Shown: piece after piece, positions 9,987-18,903 of the stretch
Position numbering within the stretch: the first letter of the stretch is position 1
Layout of the letters: every line of letters begins with the position of its first letter
From: Comamonadaceae bacterium
Lineage (GTDB): Bacteria > Pseudomonadota > Gammaproteobacteria > Burkholderiales > Burkholderiaceae_C
Direction of reading: 5' to 3'
DNA: 64,000 nucleotides
NCBI GenBank assembly: GCA_947442105.1
Contig: CANEVH010000017.1
Span: forward strand, 2,548 to 66,547
Program-made: the position numbers and the translations under genes
Notes under the pieces: model-generated
Told to the model about the DNA's origin: nothing
What the model saw: only the letters and a program-made list of their open reading frames with translations
Database searches by the model: none

Positions 9987-10898
9987 TTAGGTCCTTTTTT
10001 GCAAGGCAGTCCGAAAGTCGTCCAGACTAACGCTGGTTTGTGGCCGCACCGGAATGCGCGGCGACGGCTTGAATGCGTGGCCGTAAATGATCTCAAAACC
10101 CAGTCGCAAACGACCGGGCTGATCTGGGTCCGCCAGTGCCTGTGTGATGTGCGCCTTCAGCGCCGCATGCCATTGGCGACCCCGCAAACCCGCAAAACGC
10201 TGGGGATGCAAGTTGCGTCCCAGGCCTCGTAGCTCGGCGAGCAAGTGCTCGGCTGACGAGAAAGTGAGCGTAATGCGCTCCATGTCCATCACCGGCTCGG
10301 CAAAGCCCGCTTGCAACAGCATGTCGCCCCAGTCGTGCATATCGGTAAATTCATGGGCGGGCGCGGGCCACCCCAACGCCGCGTACGGCTGGCGCAATTC
10401 GCGCAGCGTGTCCGGGCCGAAGCAGGAAAACATGACAAAACCGTCAGCCTCCAGCAGGCTGTGCCAGCGCGTGATCAAGGCCTGGGGATCGGCCTCCATG
10501 TGCAAGCACATATTTGCCCACAGCATTTGCACTGGCGCACTGGGCGGACCAAACTGAACAGTAGGTGCGCGCCAGCGCCGCACGTCCCACCAGGGCCTGG
10601 AAATGGCGCGCTGCACCGGCGGCACGGTCGCATGCGGCGTTTGGACCACCAGGCACTGGGCGTGCGGGTAGCGCTGCGCCAGCACCGGGTGGATAGCGAG
10701 TCCGCCGCGCAGGGGCTGCCAATGCAGCCACCGCTGGGGCTGCTTCACGATCCACTGCAAGCGCTTTTCCATACGACGCGCCACTTCCTCGTGCAGCCAG
10801 GCAGACGCGGCGGGATTCGCCGCGTCCAGAAACTGCTCCCAGCGCGAGGCGGCTACGACATCAATGGTGGGGGGACGCTGAGAATTAGGGGGCGGCAT
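9987..10898 (-). CDS. BioC-like methyltransferase-fold protein
   Basis: The C-terminal half (LWANMCLH...FVMFSCFGPDTLRELR) resembles BioC-type SAM methyltransferases. The glycine-rich SAM motif I is not obvious. The gene is divergent from comF. Confidence 0.5.
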   Translation of the reverse strand: MPPPNSQRPPTIDVVAASRWEQFLDAANPAASAWLHEEVARRMEKRLQWIVKQPQRWLHWQPLRGGLAIHPVLAQRYPHAQCLVVQTPHATVPPVQRAISRPWWDVRRWRAPTVQFGPPSAPVQMLWANMCLHMEADPQALITRWHSLLEADGFVMFSCFGPDTLRELRQPYAALGWPAPAHEFTDMHDWGDMLLQAGFAEPVMDMERITLTFSSAEHLLAELRGLGRNLHPQRFAGLRGRQWHAALKAHITQALADPDQPGRLRLGFEIIYGHAFKPSPRIPVRPQTSVSLDDFRTALQKRT

Positions 10899-10952
10899 AA
10901 AAGCGGACGAGCGCAGGGAAGGACCACGCGGGCGGCGCAGTATATTGGGCGT

Positions 10953-11657
10953 ATGCCCTTACCGTGGTTCGCGCACATTGCCCGCCGCCTGCCTAGCCAG
11001 TGCGCTGTGTGCCATAGCTGGCCGAGCCAGCCGGTATGCGAGGGCTGCGTCAAGCTGTTCGCCCAACCCAAACCACGCTGCCGCAGCTGCGCCCTGCCCG
11101 TACCGGCTGGGCAGCGCCAATGCGGGGCCTGCATTATTGATGCGCCGCCGCTCGACGCTGCGTTTGCAGCAGTCGCCTATGTCTACCCCTGGTCGCAATT
11201 GGTGGTCGAATTCAAGTTCCAGCAACAGGCGGGCTGGGCCCGCAGCATGGCGCTGCTCATGCGCAGCGCACCCTGGGTCGAACCCGCGCTGGAAACTGCG
11301 GACCTGGTACTGCCCATGCCGCTTTCACGCCAGCGGCTCCAAGAACGGGGCTTTAACCAGGCACTGCTGCTGGCGCGCGCGCTGGCGCCGAGCAAAACGC
11401 AGGCGCAACTGTTGCTGCGCGTGCAAGACACCCCGGCACAAAGCAGTCTGTCGCGCGCAGCGCGCCTGCGCAATGTGCAGCACGCCTTTGCTGTCGACCC
11501 CTTGCAACGCGGATCAATCCAGGGCAAGCGCGTGGTGCTGGTCGACGACGTGATGACCAGCGGCGCTTCGTTGGCGGCGGCGGCTCGCAGCGTGCGCCAG
11601 GCCGGTGCGGCGCACATCACCGCCCTGGTGTTTGCGCGCGCCGAGCGCGGCGTTTGA
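10953..11657 (+). CDS. comF: ComF family protein (phosphoribosyltransferase domain)
   Basis: The start is ATG 10953 (MPLPWFAHI...). It has an N-terminal 4-Cys cluster (CAVC...CEGC...CRSC...CGAC) and the PRTase motif VVLVDDVMTSGAS. The upstream part of ORF 10311.. is antisense to the neighbouring gene. Confidence 0.8.
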   Translation: MPLPWFAHIARRLPSQCAVCHSWPSQPVCEGCVKLFAQPKPRCRSCALPVPAGQRQCGACIIDAPPLDAAFAAVAYVYPWSQLVVEFKFQQQAGWARSMALLMRSAPWVEPALETADLVLPMPLSRQRLQERGFNQALLLARALAPSKTQAQLLLRVQDTPAQSSLSRAARLRNVQHAFAVDPLQRGSIQGKRVVLVDDVMTSGASLAAAARSVRQAGAAHITALVFARAERGV

Positions 11658-11708
11658 ATGGGCTGCGTGTGGACGCTGCCAGTTGCCGCATCGCGCGACA
11701 ATCACTGC

Positions 11709-12170
11709 ATGTTCCATATTGTTCTGGTCGAGCCCGAAATTCCGCCCAACACGGGCAACGTCATTCGCTTGGCCGCCAACACGGGCTGCATCCTGCACTT
11801 GGTCGAACCCCTGGGTTTTTCAATGGACGACAAGCACATGCGCCGCGCGGGGCTCGACTACCATGAGTACGCCACGCTGCGCCGCCACGCCCACTGGCAA
11901 GCGTTTATGGCCCAAGAACGCCCTGATCCGCAGCGGCTGTTCACGCTGACCACAAGAGGCACGCGCAGTCCTTATGCAGTGGCCTTCAAGCCCGGCGACT
12001 GGCTGGTGTTTGGCTCCGAGACCAAGGGTATTTCCGACACGGTACGCGCAGCCTTTGGCCCAGGCCAAAGCCTACTTCTGCCCATGCGCGCGGGCCAGCG
12101 CAGCCTGAATTTGTCTAACGCGGTGGCGGTCACCGTATTTGAGGCCTGGCGGCAAAACGGCTTTGCCTGA
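11709..12170 (+). CDS. trmL: tRNA (cytidine/uridine-2'-O-)-methyltransferase TrmL (SpoU family)
   Basis: The sequence MFHIVLVEPEIPPNTGNVIRLAANTG plus the SPOUT C-terminal motif (LNLSNAVAVTVFEAWRQ) supports the call. The start is ATG 11709. Confidence 0.85.
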   Translation: MFHIVLVEPEIPPNTGNVIRLAANTGCILHLVEPLGFSMDDKHMRRAGLDYHEYATLRRHAHWQAFMAQERPDPQRLFTLTTRGTRSPYAVAFKPGDWLVFGSETKGISDTVRAAFGPGQSLLLPMRAGQRSLNLSNAVAVTVFEAWRQNGFA

Positions 12171-12184
12171 GGGCAATGCGCACC

Positions 12185-12640
12185 TCAGGCGTACAGCCGG
12201 GCGATGGACTCCGCGATGCACACCGGCTTGGCCACGCCTTCGCGCTCGGTGGTGACTTCCCAGGTGAGCTGCCGACCGCCGTTTTCGATGGGCTCGGCCT
12301 TGAGCAGCGTCAAGGCGGCACGCACCCGGCTTCCGGCTGGCACCGGGCCCATAAAACGCACCCGGTTAAGCCCGTAGTTGACACCCATGCGCACGTCCGC
12401 AATATGAAGCGCCGACGCAACAAATTGCGGAATCAAAGACAGGGTCAGAAAACCATGGGCAATGGGCGCACCAAATGGGCCGGTTTTGGCGCGCTCTACG
12501 TCAATATGGATCCATTGGTGGTCCCCGGTGGCCTGGGCGAACTGGTTGATCGCCTCTTGGGTCACGACGATCCAGTCACTAGTCGCCACGTGCTGTCCGG
12601 CCAAGGTGGCAAGCTCTTCTAGGGTTTCAAAATGTCGCAT
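12185..12640 (-). CDS. MaoC family (R)-hydratase/dehydratase
   Basis: The hot-dog fold motif is present (GDHQWIHIDVERAK...IAHGFLTLSL). The start is ATG 12640, preceded by GGGAGAA. Confidence 0.85.
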   Translation of the reverse strand: MRHFETLEELATLAGQHVATSDWIVVTQEAINQFAQATGDHQWIHIDVERAKTGPFGAPIAHGFLTLSLIPQFVASALHIADVRMGVNYGLNRVRFMGPVPAGSRVRAALTLLKAEPIENGGRQLTWEVTTEREGVAKPVCIAESIARLYA

Positions 12641-12661
12641 TGGGTTCTCCCTTCTCAAAAC

Positions 12662-13285
12662 TCAGGTTGTTGGCGCCAGCCATTCGCAGATGGACGCCCA
12701 TTGCGCCAAGTCGCGCTCCATGCGGATGGGCGAGACGTCAAACAGTGAGAGACCACTGACGGCCAGATGCACGTAGTTTTGCGTGTCGCGCAGCGTGCCC
12801 GCCAGCGGCAAGTCCAGCGAGGCGATAAAGGCGTTGAACTGGTCCGCAGCCAGGGTGCGATCGTCCACCCGCATGCCGACAATGCCCACGTCCAGGCGCT
12901 CGGCGTGGCGGCTTTGGGCCAAGGCGTCCAAAAAACCGCGCGTGGCGTACATATCAAAAATACTGGCCTGCAAGGGCACCACCACCTTGTCGGCCATTTT
13001 GAGCACATCCTTCAACGCCTTGCCCGACAGGCCCGCTGGCGTATCCAGCACCACGTGGCCTGCGCCTTTGTGCGGCTTGACCAGGGCGGTCGGGTCCACA
13101 GACCAGGCCGTAATCGGGTTGGCGCTGGCCGGGCGCAGGCTAAGCCACAAGCTGGAGGACTGTTGCGGGTCCGCATCCCCCAGCCGAACGGGCTGTCCTT
13201 GCGCGGCCAGAAAACCAGCGATATTGGTGGCGAGGGTGGACTTGCCCGCCCCGCCTTTGGGGTTCACGACGACGATGACGCTCAT
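12662..13285 (-). CDS. ParA/MinD-like P-loop ATPase (orphan)
   Basis: It has the deviant Walker A NPKGGAGKST at the N-terminus and a Walker B-like VVLDTPAG. No parB-like partner gene is visible. Confidence 0.8.
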   Translation of the reverse strand: MSVIVVVNPKGGAGKSTLATNIAGFLAAQGQPVRLGDADPQQSSSLWLSLRPASANPITAWSVDPTALVKPHKGAGHVVLDTPAGLSGKALKDVLKMADKVVVPLQASIFDMYATRGFLDALAQSRHAERLDVGIVGMRVDDRTLAADQFNAFIASLDLPLAGTLRDTQNYVHLAVSGLSLFDVSPIRMERDLAQWASICEWLAPTT

Positions 13286-13366
13286 GGTTTGCTCCTGAAT
13301 ATCAGATGGGACACGGGTTGCATTATGGAATGCGAGGCTCGCCGCTTTTTGCACAGGCGTGGTCCA

Positions 13367-14128
13367 TCAGGCCAGGCCGTCCCACAATAGCTTTACGCCG
13401 GTCAAAAGCATTCCCGCGTACAAAAAGCGGTAAAACAGCGCTTGGCTGATGCGCCGCGCCAGTCGCACACCGATCCAGACCCCTACCGGCGCCAATGGCA
13501 ACAGCACCAGCGAGGTCGTCATATTGCGCAAGTCCAGCAGACCCAGCCAGGCGTATGGAATCCACTTGCACAGGTTCACCACAAAAAAGAAACACGCCAT
13601 GGTGGCGGTGAATGGGAGCGGCTTGAGGCGCAAACCCATCACATAGGCGTTGATAGGCGGCCCACCGGCGTGGGCAATAAAGCTGGTAAAGCCCGAGGTG
13701 GTGGCCAAAATAGCGCCCAACCAGCGTGGCGGCGGCGCACTGTTGGGTTTTGGCATGAAGGCCAGGCGCTGGGCCAGAAACAACAGGGTAAAGCCGCCCA
13801 CAATCGCCGCCACGGTGTGCGCCTGCAAGACCTTGAACAGCAGCGCACCAATGACAATCCCCAGCACGCCAAAGGGCAGGATGTGGCGCAACAGCGCCAG
13901 GTCAAAGTCTTTGCGGAAAGCTGCCATGCCCAAGACGTCCATCACAAACAGCAAAGGCATCAGAATGGCAGCTGCCTCGGGCACAGTCACCGCCAAGGCC
14001 ATCATGGGTACCGCCAGCGAGCCAAAACCGGCACCAAAACCGCTTTTGCTCACCCCCAGCAGAATGACGGCCGGCACCGCCACGGCGTAGAAATAGGGAT
14101 CAGTGATCAAGGGCCAGGCGTCGGTCAT
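13367..14128 (-). CDS. TauE/SafE family sulfite/anion exporter
   Basis: This is a polytopic membrane protein. The start is ATG 14128 (MTDAWPL...). Its glycine-rich TM helices are typical of the family. Confidence 0.8.
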   Translation of the reverse strand: MTDAWPLITDPYFYAVAVPAVILLGVSKSGFGAGFGSLAVPMMALAVTVPEAAAILMPLLFVMDVLGMAAFRKDFDLALLRHILPFGVLGIVIGALLFKVLQAHTVAAIVGGFTLLFLAQRLAFMPKPNSAPPPRWLGAILATTSGFTSFIAHAGGPPINAYVMGLRLKPLPFTATMACFFFVVNLCKWIPYAWLGLLDLRNMTTSLVLLPLAPVGVWIGVRLARRISQALFYRFLYAGMLLTGVKLLWDGLA

Positions 14129-14158
14129 GGGCGCAAATCCCCATGGTAACCTTCCCTC

Positions 14159-14593
14159 ATGTTTAACCCCTCGCAAGCCGATGTGCGCCGGTATTTTTGT
14201 GCCGTCTACGCCAAGGCCCGTGCAAACCAGCCGCTGGAAGCACTAGAGACCATCGCCGCCCAGTGGATTGACGAACACCCCGAATACCACGCCGACCTGT
14301 GCGACACCGACGCAGCAGTGGCTGCGGTGTATGACGACAACACGGGCCGCAGCAACCCGTTTTTGCACCTGTCCATGCATCTGTCGATCAGCGAACAAAG
14401 CTCAATAGACCAGCCGCGCGGCATCCGCCAGGCCGTGGAGCTGCTCACGCACAAGCGCAACTCCCTGCACCTGGCACACCACGGCGCCATGGAATGCCTG
14501 GGCTCGATGCTGTGGGAGAGCCAGCGCGCAGGTCGACCGCCTGACGGCGAGGCTTACATCGCCTGTGTGCAACGCCACGCCACCCAAGACTAA
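14159..14593 (+). CDS. DUF1841 family protein
   Basis: The 144 aa protein (MFNPSQADVRRYF...NPFLHLSMHLSISEQ) matches my memory of DUF1841. Confidence 0.65.
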   Translation: MFNPSQADVRRYFCAVYAKARANQPLEALETIAAQWIDEHPEYHADLCDTDAAVAAVYDDNTGRSNPFLHLSMHLSISEQSSIDQPRGIRQAVELLTHKRNSLHLAHHGAMECLGSMLWESQRAGRPPDGEAYIACVQRHATQD

Positions 14594-14627
14594 AGAGCAC
14601 GTGCGCCATCGGGCGCGCTGCCGTCAA

Positions 14628-14657
14628 CAAAAAAACCGCCCAAGGGCGGTTTTTTTG
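14628..14657. terminator. Bidirectional rho-independent terminator
   Basis: The structure is an A-run, stem ccgcc (14636-14640), loop caag, stem ggcgg (14645-14649), then T7. It lies between the convergent DUF1841 and cytochrome c4 genes. Confidence 0.75.
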
Positions 14658-14675
14658 TTTCCAGCCGAACAGGCC

Positions 14676-15341
14676 TCAGCGGAAGCGGCTATCGGGCACG
14701 GACTTCAATACGCCAGGCAGGCTCGCCACATAGCTGGCCAGCTCTTTGAGTTCGGCGTTGGAATACTGTTTTGCAATCCCGCCCATGATGGCGTTACCAC
14801 GACCGACCTGCGGATTTCCTTCGGTTTTGTACGCCTTCAGTGCCACATACAAATAGTCCTTGTACTGGCCGGAAATCTTGGGGTAGCTGGGGTCAATCGG
14901 ATTGCTCAGGCTCTCTCCGTGGCAAGAAGCGCAGCCGCCTTTGACAACCAACTCCATGGCCTTGGCCGAGCCGTTTGCTGCTTTTTCCAGGGGTTTAGCG
15001 TTGGCATCGACACCGCTGACGGCGTAGTAGGCGGCCAGATCAGCCATGTCTTGATCGCTGAGGGAGGTGGCAATTCCACGCATGCTGGGGTGTTTGCGCT
15101 CGCCTTTTTTGTAGGCATTCAAAGCAGAAACAATGTATTTTTCGGCTTGGCCCGAAATCTTGGGAACTTTGTAAATTTCGGGAAAACTGGCTTGGTAACC
15201 CTCGATGCCGTGGCAGCCGATGCACATGGCGTTCTTTTTCAAGCCCGCTGCGGCGTCACCCTTGATTTCTTGGGCTTGGGCAGCGAAGACCGTCACAGAA
15301 GCGACAAGAAGGGCAGTCAAGGAACGGAGCGATAGATTCAT
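14676..15341 (-). CDS. Di-heme cytochrome c4
   Basis: The start is ATG 15341 (MNLSLRSLTALLVASVTVFAAQA, signal peptide). Two CxxCH motifs are present (CIGCH and CASCH). Confidence 0.85.
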   Translation of the reverse strand: MNLSLRSLTALLVASVTVFAAQAQEIKGDAAAGLKKNAMCIGCHGIEGYQASFPEIYKVPKISGQAEKYIVSALNAYKKGERKHPSMRGIATSLSDQDMADLAAYYAVSGVDANAKPLEKAANGSAKAMELVVKGGCASCHGESLSNPIDPSYPKISGQYKDYLYVALKAYKTEGNPQVGRGNAIMGGIAKQYSNAELKELASYVASLPGVLKSVPDSRFR

Positions 15342-15509
15342 TTTGCGCAGACAATCGAAAGTGTATTGGTACCAGTAAGCCGCAGAATTATATCGGCCAT
15401 ACTGCTCCCCATCGCGCCCAGGTCGGCCCCATTGGCACCACGCTTCACCCGGTGTCCTTGCTGCTGACTTCTGATCCGATTTCAACGAACCTTGTTCAAT
15501 TGCCCCTCC

Positions 15510-16364
15510 ATGAAATTCAACGGTACAAAAAACTACATCGCCACCCAGGACCTGATGCTCTCGGTCAATGCAGCGGCCGCACTGCAGCGCCCGCTGCTGG
15601 TCAAGGGCGAGCCCGGCACCGGCAAAACCATGCTGGCCGAGGAAGTGGCCGCAGCGCTGAACCTGCCGTTGCTGCAGTGGCACATCAAATCCACCACCAA
15701 GGCGCAGCAAGGCCTGTACGAATACGACGCGGTGAGCCGCCTGCGCGACTCACAACTGTCGGACATTGACGGCGGTGAGCGGGTCAAGAACATCCACAAC
15801 TACATCGTCAAAGGCGTGCTGTGGCAGGCCTTCACCAGCGAAACGCCGGTGGCGCTGCTGATTGACGAGATCGACAAAGCCGACATTGAGTTCCCCAATG
15901 ACTTGCTGCGCGAAATCGACCGCATGGAGTTTTATTGCTACGAGACCCGCGAGTTGATCCGCGCCAAGCACCGCCCGCTGGTGTTTATTACCTCCAACAA
16001 TGAAAAAGAGCTGCCCGACGCGTTTTTGCGCCGCTGCTTTTTCCACTACATCAAATTCCCCGATGCGGTAACCATGCAAAGCATCGTCGACGTGCACTTC
16101 CCCGGCCTGAAAAAAGAGCTGCTCACCGCCGCCATGAAGACCTTTTACGAGGTGCGTAACCTGCCGGGCCTGAAAAAGAAACCGTCAACCAGCGAGCTGT
16201 TGGACTGGCTTAAGCTGCTGCTGGCCGAGGACATTCCGCTCTCGGCATTGCAATCCAAAGACGAAAAAATGGCAGTGCCGCCGCTGGTGGGGGCGCTGCT
16301 GAAAAACGAACAGGATGTCAGCCTGTTTGAGAAACTGATGTTCATGCAACGCAACAACCGCTGA
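15510..16364 (+). CDS. MoxR-like AAA+ ATPase
   Basis: The start is ATG 15510. It has Walker A GEPGTGKT and Walker B LLIDEIDKA, and its size is typical of MoxR. Confidence 0.85.
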   Translation: MKFNGTKNYIATQDLMLSVNAAAALQRPLLVKGEPGTGKTMLAEEVAAALNLPLLQWHIKSTTKAQQGLYEYDAVSRLRDSQLSDIDGGERVKNIHNYIVKGVLWQAFTSETPVALLIDEIDKADIEFPNDLLREIDRMEFYCYETRELIRAKHRPLVFITSNNEKELPDAFLRRCFFHYIKFPDAVTMQSIVDVHFPGLKKELLTAAMKTFYEVRNLPGLKKKPSTSELLDWLKLLLAEDIPLSALQSKDEKMAVPPLVGALLKNEQDVSLFEKLMFMQRNNR

Positions 16365-16365
16365 T

Positions 16366-16596
16366 ATGCCCGAACCCAAAAAAATAGATTTTTTTGCCGT
16401 CGGCCTGTCCGACGCCATCGGCTTTCTGGGCGGTTCGCTTTCGGGCTACTGGCTTGGAAAGCTGCTGGGAATGGATATTTTTGCGCCCGGATACGGCACG
16501 TCCAGCACCATTGCCATCTTGCTGGTTGGCTTGGGTGGCGGCTTGGGCTTGCAACTGGCACGGCGCTGGCAGCGCAGCCGCAACAATAAAGAATAG
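16366..16596 (+). CDS. Small two-TM membrane protein (hypothetical)
   Basis: The 76 aa ORF starts 2 nt after the MoxR stop. It has glycine-rich hydrophobic segments and a basic C-terminus. Confidence 0.45.
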   Translation: MPEPKKIDFFAVGLSDAIGFLGGSLSGYWLGKLLGMDIFAPGYGTSSTIAILLVGLGGGLGLQLARRWQRSRNNKE

Positions 16597-16608
16597 AAGC
16601 CAATCTTC

Positions 16609-17202
16609 ATGGCCTTTGTAGAACCCACCACCTTGTCTGCGCGCGGCGTCAGTTTGGTGCCACTGGCGCTGGAGCACGAACGCGGCCTGCAGGCTGCAGC
16701 AGCCGACGGCGCACTGTGGAACATCCGCGTCACCTCGGTGCCCGAGCCGCAGCACACGCGCAAATACATTGAAGACGCCTTGGCCATGCGCGCGGCCGGC
16801 CACCGGTTCGCCTTCTGCGTGCTCGACGACGCCAGCGGCCGCGTGCTAGGCAGCAGCAGCTACCACGACATCCTGCCCGCAGTTAAACGCCTGGAAATTG
16901 GCTACACCTGGTACGCCAAAAGCGTGCAGCGCAGCCACGTCAACACCACCTGCAAATTGCTGCTGATGACCCACGCCTTCGAGACCCTGGGCTGCCACGT
17001 GGTGGGCTGGCGCACCGACAATTTCAATTTCGCCTCGCAAGCCGCCATTGAGCGCCTGGGCGCGCGCAAAGACGGTGTGATCCGCGGCCACGCCCTGCGC
17101 CGCGACGGCACCATCCGCGACACGGTGATGTACAGCTTGCGCGCGGGCGAGTGGGCTGAGGTCAAAGCGCAACTGCTGCACAGCCTGAACAAACCGCGCT
17201 AA
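16609..17202 (+). CDS. GNAT family N-acetyltransferase (RimJ/RimL-like)
   Basis: The 197 aa protein shows the pattern SLVPLALEH...LEIGYTWY...VGWRTDNFNFASQAAIERLGA, typical of GNAT acetyltransferases. Confidence 0.8.
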   Translation: MAFVEPTTLSARGVSLVPLALEHERGLQAAAADGALWNIRVTSVPEPQHTRKYIEDALAMRAAGHRFAFCVLDDASGRVLGSSSYHDILPAVKRLEIGYTWYAKSVQRSHVNTTCKLLLMTHAFETLGCHVVGWRTDNFNFASQAAIERLGARKDGVIRGHALRRDGTIRDTVMYSLRAGEWAEVKAQLLHSLNKPR

Positions 17203-17214
17203 CACGCCACCACC

Positions 17215-18441
17215 ATGCTGCTTGATTTTTTCTACACCCTGCGCGCGGCCAAACTGCCGGTATCCGTCAAAGAATTTTTGACGCTGCTCGAAGCGCTGCA
17301 AAAAGGCGTGGTCGGCCCGAACGCCGAACCGACGCAAACAGACACCTTCGCCGAGGCCTACAGCAGCGGCTACAAGATTGACGACTTTTACTACCTGAGC
17401 CGCGCTGCGTTGGTGAAGGACGAGAAGCACTACGACAAATTTGACCGCGCGTTTGCCGCCTATTTCAAGGGCGTGGAGATGATTGCGGACTTCACCAAGG
17501 AAGTGCCGCTGGAGTGGCTGCGAAAAAATCTGGAACTGCAACTCAGCCCCGAAGAGCTGGCCAAGATTGAAAAAATGGGCTGGGACGAGCTGATGGAAAC
17601 GCTGAAAAAGCGCTTTGAAGAACAAAAAGAGCGCCACGAGGGCGGATCGAAGTGGATTGGCACCGGCGGCACCTCGCCCTTTGGCGCTTATGGCCAAAAC
17701 CCGCAAGGTATTCGCATTGGGCAGGACAAAAGCCGCAACCGCAGCGCGGTGAAGGTGTGGGACCAGCGCGCCTACAAAGACTACGACGACACCCAGGAGC
17801 TGGGCACGCGCAACATCAAAGTGGCGCTGCGCCGCCTGCGCAAGTTTGCCCGCGAGGGCCATGAGGACGAGCTGGACCTGGACGAGACCATCAGCAAAAC
17901 AGCGGCTAACGCCGGCTACTTGGACATCAAAATGCGCCCCGAGCGGCACAACAACGTCAAAGTGCTGCTGCTGATGGACGTGGGCGGCACCATGAACGAC
18001 CATATTGCGCGGGTGGAAGAGCTGTTTTCGGCCACCAAGACCGAGTTCAAGCACCTGGAGTTTTACTACTTCCACAACTGCGTCTACGACTTTATGTGGA
18101 AGAACAACCGGCGCCGCTTCGCGGAAAAATTTGCGACCTGGGACATCATCCGCAAGTACAACAAGGACTACAAACTCATCTTCGTGGGCGACGCCACCAT
18201 GAGCCCCTATGAGATCTTGCAACCCGGCGGCAGCGTGGAATACAACAACGAAGAGCCCGGCGCGGACTGGCTGCAGCGCCTGACCAGCGCCTTCCCCAAA
18301 TTCGCCTGGATCAACCCCGAACCCCAAGGCGTGTGGCAATACCGCCAAAGCATTAGCGTCATTCAACAGCTAATGCAGCAGCGCATGTACCCGTTAACGC
18401 TCAAAGGACTAGAAGAGGCCATGCGGCTGCTGACCAAGTAA
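17215..18441 (+). CDS. VWA domain protein (CoxE-like partner of MoxR ATPase)
   Basis: The 408 aa protein has an N-terminus MLLDFFYTLRAAKLPVS typical of VWA_CoxE proteins. It has a MIDAS-like LLLMDVGGTM. Confidence 0.8.
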   Translation: MLLDFFYTLRAAKLPVSVKEFLTLLEALQKGVVGPNAEPTQTDTFAEAYSSGYKIDDFYYLSRAALVKDEKHYDKFDRAFAAYFKGVEMIADFTKEVPLEWLRKNLELQLSPEELAKIEKMGWDELMETLKKRFEEQKERHEGGSKWIGTGGTSPFGAYGQNPQGIRIGQDKSRNRSAVKVWDQRAYKDYDDTQELGTRNIKVALRRLRKFAREGHEDELDLDETISKTAANAGYLDIKMRPERHNNVKVLLLMDVGGTMNDHIARVEELFSATKTEFKHLEFYYFHNCVYDFMWKNNRRRFAEKFATWDIIRKYNKDYKLIFVGDATMSPYEILQPGGSVEYNNEEPGADWLQRLTSAFPKFAWINPEPQGVWQYRQSISVIQQLMQQRMYPLTLKGLEEAMRLLTK

Positions 18442-18496
18442 GGCACCCTGCCCCCCGGCGATGGCGACAGGGCACGGCCCCTAAAATGCCCTACCC

Positions 18497-18571
18497 CTCG
18501 CCGTAGCACAATGGATAGTGCGCATGCCTCCTAAGCGTGAAATACAGGTTCGATTCCTGTCGGCGGGACCA
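18497..18571 (+). tRNA. tRNA-Arg (anticodon CCT)
   Basis: I folded the cloverleaf by hand. The acceptor is CTCGCCG/CGGCGGG. The D arm is GCAC-AATGGATA-GTGC. The anticodon loop is CTCCTAA. The T arm is ACAGG-TTCGATT-CCTGT, and an encoded CCA follows. Confidence 0.8.
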
Positions 18572-18903
18572 AAGTCACCCCCCACGCCCCCCAGTTAAGG
18601 CCCAAGGGTGCCTCCTTAAATGCCATAAAAGCAAGGTCGAAAAACTCCGTAGGCCCAGGCAAGCCGCAGCGGCCAGTCATGGGCCGTACTTCCGTTGGCC
18701 GCGCCCGGTGAAGGTCTAGATAAGGTTGCGCATCTCCATCTCTGAAGAAACACGACCGCGATAGGCCAATTTCCCGCATTTTGTGGCGGGAAGACGGCCT
18801 CAGAGGGCGCCTGGCATGCCACATCATCATAAAATTTGCGACAATCAAATCTACTAATTTTTGCGACTATTTAATTGCTTTGACAAACTCTGGAGTTCCG
18901 TTA

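Noticed and set aside
10311-10952. The N-terminal 214 residues of the 448 aa ORF containing ComF.
   Set aside because: This part is antisense to the BioC-like gene. ComF homology, with its Cys cluster, begins at the internal ATG 10953.
16846-18366. A 506 aa minus-strand ORF.
   Set aside because: It is antisense to the GNAT and VWA genes, with low-complexity composition and no recognisable domain. It is a shadow ORF.
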